Positions 58,012-64,000 of a stretch of 64,000 nucleotides of DNA are shown piece after piece. This stretch comes from a bacterium (GTDB taxonomy: Bacteria > J088 > JAWLBW01), in contig JAWLHK010000001.1 in assembly GCA_041690355.1 (NCBI GenBank), positions 361,376 to 425,375 of the forward strand, written 5' to 3'. The notes under the pieces were generated by a model, which worked only from the letters and a program-made list of their open reading frames with translations, made no database searches and was not told where the DNA came from. The position numbers and the translations under genes were made by a program. How positions within the stretch are numbered: position 1 is the stretch's first letter; each line of letters opens with the position of its first letter.

Positions 58012-58932
58012 CTAAGGCCGCAAGCGATCTTCTTTGGCTGCAGACTTCTTCTCTTCGGATTCCGGGGATTCCGGCTCGAGCGATGTAAGCCACCGGTCGA
58101 GTTCCCCTTCCTCGAGCTCATCGCCCGTCCACCTGATCGCTTTCTCATAGCGCACGAACTCGTTATTCAACGCGGCGAGGCGATCGACGGCCCGCTGCAT
58201 GCGCTCGGCGGCCGCCGGCGGCAGGTCGTTGCGCGCCTCGAGCAGCGCGATACCGGATCTGAGCGTCTGCAACGGCGTATTGAACTGATCGCGAACGCGC
58301 AGGAAAAGGTGCGCCATGCGGCTGACGAATGCCGCGCGCAACTCCAATGCCAGCATGCGGCGTTCGAGCACGTCATGTTGCCAGCGAAACGCCAGCAACC
58401 CGAGCGCCACCACGATGAACATCATGGTGAACATCGGCTCGTCTACGACCGAAACGTTGGCGCGCACGGCAAGATCCAACTTCGACCACAAGAGCAGCGC
58501 CTCGACGGCAAACGCCGCGATAAGCAGAACGTGAAGCCAATAGGGGCCGGGTACAACGATGCCCAGGCCGATAACCATCAGCTTGATGCCCTGAAATGGG
58601 ATCCAATCCAAGCCGGAGGAGGCCAATACCGTGTGGCGCAACCAAATCGTCAGGTACACCGGAGCCACACCCAATGCTACGATTACGGCGCGAACCGCCG
58701 GTCTCGCGAGCAGGTCACCCCGGCTGTAATAGATGAAAACGCCGAGCGCCAGGCACCATACGACGTGCGCTGCGGGCAACACAACCAGGTGGGCAAAGCC
58801 CATCAACAGGTTCGACGTGGCGAAAAGCGTCTGGGTAGCCACCAGCATGATGAGGCCCAGATAGAGGAGGCGACGGTAATGAGCCGGATTGCGCGTGAGA
58901 ACGGCCTCGGGTATCGGGGGTATGCGGTTCAC
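58012..58932 (-). CDS. Polytopic membrane protein with degenerate HisKA/DHp-like domain (no ATPase domain; the conserved His appears replaced)
   Basis: About 6 TM helices, then RMAHLFLRVRDQFNTPLQTLRSGIALLE, which resembles a HisKA helix but has Asp in place of the phospho-His. No HATPase_c domain. Confidence 0.5.
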   Translation of the reverse strand: MNRIPPIPEAVLTRNPAHYRRLLYLGLIMLVATQTLFATSNLLMGFAHLVVLPAAHVVWCLALGVFIYYSRGDLLARPAVRAVIVALGVAPVYLTIWLRHTVLASSGLDWIPFQGIKLMVIGLGIVVPGPYWLHVLLIAAFAVEALLLWSKLDLAVRANVSVVDEPMFTMMFIVVALGLLAFRWQHDVLERRMLALELRAAFVSRMAHLFLRVRDQFNTPLQTLRSGIALLEARNDLPPAAAERMQRAVDRLAALNNEFVRYEKAIRWTGDELEEGELDRWLTSLEPESPESEEKKSAAKEDRLRP

Positions 58933-59285
58933 CGCAAGAGCTCCATGAGCGTGTCGATGTCAACGGGTTTCTCGAGTACCGGAACACCGCATCTCGCCGC
59001 ATCCTTGACGAGCGGGTGCGAGATTCCGTGGCCAGTCAGGATGACGACCTTCCCTTGGTAGTGATGGTCCATCAGCCACCGGTAGGCATCGGTGCCGCTG
59101 GGTTGCCCCGGACCGAGGTTCATGTCGAGCACGGCGAGATTCGTGTTGAGAACGGAATTCTCCTCCCCCTTCATGGCTTCAACCGAAGGGGCAGTGACAC
59201 AGCTCCTGACACCCGAGATCTCATACACCGCGCACAACATTTCTCGCGTGTCCCGATCGTTATCGAGAATGAATACGCTGGCCAT
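58929..59285 (-). CDS. Single-domain response regulator receiver
   Basis: ILDND, LAVLDMNL (phospho-Asp), VVILTGH, LEKP. Start reassigned to an internal ATG. Confidence 0.7.
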   Translation of the reverse strand: MASVFILDNDRDTREMLCAVYEISGVRSCVTAPSVEAMKGEENSVLNTNLAVLDMNLGPGQPSGTDAYRWLMDHHYQGKVVILTGHGISHPLVKDAARCGVPVLEKPVDIDTLMELLR

Positions 59286-59521
59286 GATGATGTACTGTTG
59301 ATTATCAGGAGATTCGCCAGGTCGTACAAGTTCAGGCGAGAACCCCCACGAGACGCTTATCCCCAGCGTGAATACCGGGAAAGCGCCATGCAGCCGGCCG
59401 GCGTATTCGAAGTGCCCGGGAAGCATGACGACCAGGTCCGGGCCGGCACCACAAGAGCGGCGATATGACATGGCCCCGGAGCATTGCCCGAGCCGGGTGC
59501 CCGGCTCAGACCGGGAACAGC

Positions 59522-60457
59522 TCAGAGGCGGAACAGGGCATCGAGGAACAGGTCCTGCTCGTCGATCCACTGACGCTCGAGGCTGAATCCGGCCGTTTCG
59601 ACCAGCGCCGTGAGGCCGTCGGGCGTGTACTTGTGGGAACTCTCGGTCCAGATCGTTTCGCCGGCGTCAAAGCGCACCGACCATGCGAGTTCGCCGAAGG
59701 TCACCGTCTGCGCGCATCGGCTTACGAGATGCATCTCCACGCGGCCGGCCGCCCCATTCCACACGGCGCGGTGATCCCAGGCATCGAGATTGAAATCGGC
59801 CGCCAGCTCGGCGTTCAGGCGCACGAGAAGATTGCGATTGAAGGCCGCGGTCACTCCGAGCGGATCGTCGTAGGCGCGCACGAGCCGATCGGCCGGCTTC
59901 ACCAGATCGGCCCCGATCAACAGGCGATCACCGCGCCGCAGACGCAGGCGGAGTTCCGCCAGAAAAGCCTTCGCGGCAGCGGCATCGAAGTTGCCCAGGT
60001 TGGATCCGAGAAAGAGCACGGTCACCGGCCGGGCGCCCGCCCTGCGCGCGACGAGTTCGTCCAGGCCGGCTTCGAAGCGGCCCTCGAAGGGGATCGGTAC
60101 GGCCCCGGCGATCTCCTGGATGCGCGCCGCGGCGACCTCGAGGGCGCCGGCCGAGATGTCGACGAGACCGACGTCGACCGTCCCGTGCCGGTCGGTCAGC
60201 GCGCGGGCGAGCAGGGCCGACTTCTCTCCGTTGCCAGGGCCCAGCTCGATCAGCAGCGTCTCGGCCGGAAGGGCAGCGGCCATGGCGTCGGCGTGGGCGG
60301 CAAGCAGGCGCCCCTCGGCGCGCGTAATCGTGTACCAGGGGAGCGCGCAGATGGCGTCGAAGATGCGCGACCCGAGCGCATCGTAGAACCAGACCGGATC
60401 CATGCGGCGCGGGCGCGGGGACAGCCCGTCGCGAACGGCCCGTCCCAGTGCGCTCAC
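59522..60457 (-). CDS. egtD: L-histidine N-alpha-methyltransferase EgtD (ergothioneine biosynthesis)
   Basis: WFYDALGS ... LPWYTITRAE signature of EgtD/Methyltransf_33. GTG start 13 nt after the egtB stop, chosen so that the conserved N-terminal helix is included. An alternative ATG at 60403. Confidence 0.8.
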   Translation of the reverse strand: MSALGRAVRDGLSPRPRRMDPVWFYDALGSRIFDAICALPWYTITRAEGRLLAAHADAMAAALPAETLLIELGPGNGEKSALLARALTDRHGTVDVGLVDISAGALEVAAARIQEIAGAVPIPFEGRFEAGLDELVARRAGARPVTVLFLGSNLGNFDAAAAKAFLAELRLRLRRGDRLLIGADLVKPADRLVRAYDDPLGVTAAFNRNLLVRLNAELAADFNLDAWDHRAVWNGAAGRVEMHLVSRCAQTVTFGELAWSVRFDAGETIWTESSHKYTPDGLTALVETAGFSLERQWIDEQDLFLDALFRL

Positions 60458-60470
60458 GCTTTCGTTCCGA

Positions 60471-61733
60471 TCAGGCGGATTCGTTGAGGTCGCCGGCGCA
60501 GCGGAAGGTGGTGTAGGCATAGGAGTAGGCGTCGCGGTACCAGTTGCGGAAGCTCGGGCGCAGCAGCGGCCGGGCCGTGACCGGCGAGCCGCCTTTGACG
60601 ACGTGATGGGTTCCGTCGAAGAAATCGGCGCTGTAGCCGGGATAGTACGGGCGCGGCCGGAAACCGGGGAGCCCCGCGAAGACCGATGCCGTCCACTCCC
60701 AGCCGTTGCCCACCGGCTCGACAATACCCTCGGCGGTCACGGGTGCGTCGTCGCGGCCGACCGGCGCGCTCTCGAGCACAATGTAATCGACGGCGCCCGC
60801 CTCCGGCGGTCCGGAATGGAACGCGGCCGCGTGAAATTCCGCTTCGGTCGGCAGGCGCAGCCCGCGCCAGCGCGCATAGGCCTCGGCCTCGTGAAAACTG
60901 ACGTAGACGGGCATGCCGAGCGGCAGCGGGCGCAGACCGAAGAGGCCGCGCAGCAGCCAGCCGTCATCCCCCGATTCTCCCCGGGGAATCCAGAAGGGGG
61001 GGTGGCGGCCGGGACGTTCTTCGAGGGCGGCCCAGCCGGCGTCGCTCCACCAGCGGTGATCCGCGTATCCGCCCGCGTCGAGAAAGGCGAGAAAGTCGCC
61101 GTTGGTCACCTTGTGCGCCTCGAGACGAAAGGGGGGCACGTCGACCGTGCAGGCGGGAAACTCGTTGTCCCAGCCGAAGGCGGCGGAGTCCGGGCAGCCG
61201 AGAGTGACGCGTCTGCCGGGAACGTCGCACAGCTTGCGCGCGGGAGACGGCGCGTCTTCGGGAGGGGCGTACCGGGCGGGGGGGCGCTTGTAGCGGGGGT
61301 CGAGCCGGTGCAGGAGGTAGATCAGCGTCTCCTGATGCATCTCCTCATGCTCCACACAGGTGAGAAGAATCTCGGGACGTTCACCCGACCGCACGGCATC
61401 GAGCATGAGCCCGTCGACCACGGCGACATAATCGCCCACCCAGGCGCGCTCGGGCCAGGCGTCGATGCGCAGGGCGCCCGCCTGCGTGGTGGATTCGGGA
61501 TCGATACCCCGGGCGAACAGATCGCTCAAGGCGGGCTCGGGGCGCCGGGGGAGCAGTCCGGCGGCGTGCAGCAGGTTCGCGTTGAACGCCGCGAGGTGAC
61601 CCTCATAGAAACGAAGCGGATGCCGGAGCGGTATCGGCCGGGCATCCCAGGCCTCGGAGAACTCGGGCGCAATCCAGGTGAAAATGTCCCGGGTGCGGCG
61701 GCGCATGGCAATGAAGCGTTCGACCAGATCCAT
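60471..61733 (-). CDS. egtB: Ergothioneine biosynthesis sulfoxide synthase EgtB (DinB_2 plus FGE-sulfatase domains)
   Basis: HEEMHQETL metal-binding DinB_2 motif. GNGWEWT FGE-domain motif. ATG with a GGGAGAA RBS. Confidence 0.8.
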   Translation of the reverse strand: MDLVERFIAMRRRTRDIFTWIAPEFSEAWDARPIPLRHPLRFYEGHLAAFNANLLHAAGLLPRRPEPALSDLFARGIDPESTTQAGALRIDAWPERAWVGDYVAVVDGLMLDAVRSGERPEILLTCVEHEEMHQETLIYLLHRLDPRYKRPPARYAPPEDAPSPARKLCDVPGRRVTLGCPDSAAFGWDNEFPACTVDVPPFRLEAHKVTNGDFLAFLDAGGYADHRWWSDAGWAALEERPGRHPPFWIPRGESGDDGWLLRGLFGLRPLPLGMPVYVSFHEAEAYARWRGLRLPTEAEFHAAAFHSGPPEAGAVDYIVLESAPVGRDDAPVTAEGIVEPVGNGWEWTASVFAGLPGFRPRPYYPGYSADFFDGTHHVVKGGSPVTARPLLRPSFRNWYRDAYSYAYTTFRCAGDLNESA

Positions 61734-62026
61734 GGTTCTCCCTGCAGACGGCTCTGCAAGCGTCAACTATATAGCGTCCCGGCCGTGCGGGTCAACCTGG
61801 ATGGGCATTCATGGGGACGGACCCGGGAAGATTCCGTTCGCCCCTGCCGCCGGACGCCGCTCGACGGCTGAGGGGAGGCCGGCCCGCGTGTTGCAATCTG
61901 GAACAGGTTTCGCGACGTACCCCAGCGCATACCCTCGATTCCGCCACGGGATCCGTTGAAAATGGAGGCTGGCACGCGCCTTGCTCGACCCCGAGGGAAA
62001 GGGAGCTCGATTTCTGGGTGCAAATG

Positions 62027-62053
62027 TTAGCACTCTCGCACCGCGAGTGCTAA
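62027..62053. promoter_or_regulatory. CIRCE element (HrcA operator) overlapping the rpoH promoter
   Basis: TTAGCACTC-TCGCACCGC-GAGTGCTAA is a perfect match to the CIRCE consensus TTAGCACTC-N9-GAGTGCTAA. The left arm doubles as a -35-like TTAGCA, and the right arm runs into a -10-like TAAAAT (62050-62055), 40 nt upstream of the rpoH ATG. Confidence 0.8.
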
Positions 62054-62095
62054 AATGATTCGAAAGGGAATTGTTTCTCCCAAGGAGTAGCAACC

Positions 62096-62941
62096 ATGTC
62101 CGCAACGTTAGCCCTGACCCATGAATTGGGCGCCTACCTCGCCGAGGTCGAGAAGTACCCGCTTCTGACGCCGGAAAAGGAGCGCGAGCTGGCGATCCGG
62201 TTCTACGACCACGGCGACCTCGAGGCGGCCCACGCGCTCGTGACGAGCAACCTGCGCTTCGTCATCAAGATCGCCCACGAATACCGCAGCTACGGCATGC
62301 GTCTGCCCGACCTGATTCAGGAGGGTAACCTCGGCCTGATGATGGCCGTGAAGAAGTTCAACCCGTACCGCGGCTACCGGCTGATTACCTACGGCGTCTG
62401 GTGGATTCGCGCCTACATCCAGAAGTACATCCTGCAGTCGTGGAGCCTGGTCAAAATCGGCACGACCCAGGCCCAGCGCAAACTGTTCTTCAAGCTGAAC
62501 CAGGCCAAGAACGCCCTGCGCAAGGGGACCGACGCCGATGCCACCGCCGACGTGCTGGCCGAGACGCTGAACGTGCGCGATCGCGACGTGCTCGAGATGG
62601 AGCTGCGCATGAGCGGCCGCGATTTCTCGCTCGACAACCAGCTCGGCGACGACGGCGACGCCACCTATCTGGATCGCCTCGAGGCCGAAGCCCCCGACAG
62701 CGAGCAGCTGCTCATCGACGCCGAAGAAGAAGAGATTCGCGAAGAAGGGGTGCAGAACGCCCTGGCGCGCCTGAACGAACGTGAAGCCTTCATCGTCGAG
62801 AAGCGGATTCTCGCCGAAAAGCCCGCCACCCTGCAGGAAGTCGGCGACGAGCTCCACATTTCCCGCGAACGCGTCCGCCAGATCGAGGCCGGCGCCCTCA
62901 AGAAACTCAAAGGTGATCTGTGTCCGGTGGTCTTGAACTGA
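62096..62941 (+). CDS. rpoH: RNA polymerase sigma-32 factor RpoH
   Basis: RpoH box QRKLFFKLNQAK. Sigma-70 regions 2 and 4. AAGGAG RBS. Confidence 0.85.
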   Translation: MSATLALTHELGAYLAEVEKYPLLTPEKERELAIRFYDHGDLEAAHALVTSNLRFVIKIAHEYRSYGMRLPDLIQEGNLGLMMAVKKFNPYRGYRLITYGVWWIRAYIQKYILQSWSLVKIGTTQAQRKLFFKLNQAKNALRKGTDADATADVLAETLNVRDRDVLEMELRMSGRDFSLDNQLGDDGDATYLDRLEAEAPDSEQLLIDAEEEEIREEGVQNALARLNEREAFIVEKRILAEKPATLQEVGDELHISRERVRQIEAGALKKLKGDLCPVVLN

Positions 62942-63909
62942 TCGAGGCCGAAGTCCGCGAAAAGGCGCTGCTCGTCAATCGCATTACCGAAGAAGTCGAC
63001 CGCGTGCTCGTCGGGCAGCGCGAGCTGCTCGAGGGGCTGCTCATCGGCCTGCTGACGCGCGGGCATGTGCTGGTCGAGGGGATTCCCGGCCTGGCCAAGA
63101 CGCTGGCCGTGAAGTCGCTGGCGGCGACCATTCACGCCTCCTTCTCGCGCATCCAGTTTACGCCCGATCTGCTCCCTGCCGATCTGGTGGGCACGCAGAT
63201 TTTCGATCCGAAGACCCAGAGCTTCCAGCCGCAGAAGGGCCCGCTCTTTGCGAACCTGGTGCTCGCCGACGAGATCAACCGTGCTCCCGCCAAAGTGCAG
63301 AGCGCCCTGCTCGAGGCGATGCAGGAGCGGCAGGTCACGCTCGGCAAGCAGACCTACGTGCTCGACGAGCCGTTTCTGGTGCTCGCCACGCAGAACCCCA
63401 TCGAGCAGGAGGGTACCTACCCGCTGCCCGAAGCCCAGGTGGATCGGTTCGAGCTCAAGGTCGTCGTGAACTACCCGACGGTGCGCGACGAACGGCTGAT
63501 TCTCGACCGCATGGCCGGCCTCGACGCGCCGAAGACCTCGCCGGTCGCGACCACCCAGGACGTGCTCGCGCTGCAGCAGGTCGTCGACCGCATCTACATC
63601 GATCCGCGCGTCAAGGACTACATCGTACACCTGGTGCACGCCACCCGGTTCCCGCGCGAGTTCGGCCTCGCCGCGCTCGACGGCATGCTCGCCTACGGAG
63701 CCAGCCCGCGCGCGTCCATCGCGCTCGTGAAGGCCTCGCGGGCCCACGCCTTTCTGCGCGGCCGCGGCTTCGTCACCCCCGACGACGTCAAGGCCGTGGG
63801 GCCGGCGGTACTGCGCCATCGAATCCTGCTATCCTATGAAGCCGAAGCCGAGGGGGTCAACGCCGACGAGATCCTCGGCCGCATTCTCCAGAGCGTCGAA
63901 GTTCCCTGA
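62920..63909 (+). CDS. MoxR-family AAA+ ATPase
   Basis: Walker A GIPGLAKT. AAA_3-type architecture, 329 aa. Confidence 0.85.
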   Translation: MSGGLELIEAEVREKALLVNRITEEVDRVLVGQRELLEGLLIGLLTRGHVLVEGIPGLAKTLAVKSLAATIHASFSRIQFTPDLLPADLVGTQIFDPKTQSFQPQKGPLFANLVLADEINRAPAKVQSALLEAMQERQVTLGKQTYVLDEPFLVLATQNPIEQEGTYPLPEAQVDRFELKVVVNYPTVRDERLILDRMAGLDAPKTSPVATTQDVLALQQVVDRIYIDPRVKDYIVHLVHATRFPREFGLAALDGMLAYGASPRASIALVKASRAHAFLRGRGFVTPDDVKAVGPAVLRHRILLSYEAEAEGVNADEILGRILQSVEVP

Positions 63910-63944
63910 CGAACCCGGCGCCGCCGGAGGGGACCCGCGTGACC

Positions 63945-64000
63945 ATGCAGGCCAGCGACATCATCCGAAAGGTCCGGCGCATCGACATCATCACCTCGCG
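63945..64000 (+). CDS. DUF58-family protein (partial, 5' end only), partner of the MoxR ATPase
   Basis: N-terminal IRKVRRIDIITS resembles the DUF58 RRLEIxTRR motif. Truncated by the window end. Confidence 0.45.
   Translation, partial: MQASDIIRKVRRIDIITS

Noticed and set aside
60458-60724. N-terminal extension of the egtD ORF (ORF-track start 60724)
   Set aside because: It overlaps the egtB coding sequence by more than 250 nt in another frame and is Pro/Thr/Ser-rich. The conserved EgtD N-terminal helix begins near the GTG at 60457.
26585-61750. Identical CTGCAGGGAGAA(N3-5)ATG context upstream of the CTP_transf_1-family gene (26599) and egtB (61733)
   Set aside because: Most simply a strong GGGAGAA Shine-Dalgarno plus a coincidental PstI-site hexamer. 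Two occurrences are not enough to call a motif.
1-64000. Mobile elements, prophage, integrases, tRNA or rRNA genes
   Set aside because: No transposase, integrase or phage-like ORFs, and no long terminal inverted repeats, were seen. Intergenic spaces are short and none showed tRNA-like cloverleaf sequence on inspection. No software scan was possible.

Overview
This is a 64 kb, roughly 70% GC bacterial chromosomal segment, densely packed with about 60 protein-coding genes on both strands. I found no rRNA or tRNA genes, no CRISPR array, and no transposase, integrase or phage genes, so it reads as core or accessory chromosome rather than a mobile island.

Gene content, in window order:
- A signalling cluster: a stand-alone receiver fused in an operon with a REC-HPt-pseudoREC-REC-GGDEF protein.
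- A ba3/B-family cytochrome oxidase operon, preceded by two tiny membrane-protein genes.
- Secreted hydrolases and lipoproteins: an M19 dipeptidase, an amidohydrolase, MBL-fold hydrolases, and a 1,093-aa FN3 plus beta-propeller-repeat lipoprotein.
- Lipid-metabolism genes (acyl-CoA thioesterase, acyl-CoA ligase, SCP2-type thiolase) interleaved with other functions, among them a YebC-family regulator, an isoaspartyl peptidase, a beta-lactamase-like hydrolase and a GT4-like glycosyltransferase.
- A two-gene acyl-CoA carboxylase operon (carboxyltransferase plus an unusually long, divergent biotin carboxylase-BCCP fusion).
- A GAF/PAS sensor histidine kinase.
- An operon of ABC-2 exporter plus fatty-acid hydroxylase.
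- An 11-gene split Mrp/Mbh-like cation:proton antiporter cluster.
- A penicillin/AHL-acylase-family Ntn hydrolase.
- An NYN-Zn finger-cold-shock-domain fusion protein.
- An operon of TetR regulator plus alpha/beta hydrolase.
- A membrane protein with a degenerate DHp domain paired with a receiver.
- An egtB-egtD pair for ergothioneine biosynthesis.
- rpoH, followed by a MoxR-DUF58 module cut by the window end.

The two most interesting non-coding signals are:
1. A perfect CIRCE/HrcA operator (TTAGCACTC-N9-GAGTGCTAA) lying over the rpoH promoter.
2. A recurring family of heptanucleotide tandem-repeat arrays: (GAGTGAC)n followed by (GAATCAG)n, the latter carrying repeated AGGAA motifs. They sit just downstream of stop codons at four loci, always in the same orientation relative to the upstream gene. 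A third pair of 7-bp arrays, with different units, lies in the divergent promoter region at 11.5 kb.

Coordinates for CDS come from the supplied ORF track, with start codons reassigned by hand. At three spots my manual indexing of the raw text disagreed with the ORF track by 1-2 nt (near 8.2 kb and 46.1-46.5 kb), so small features I located by hand may be off by +/-2 nt. All family assignments are from reading motifs by eye; no database search was run.
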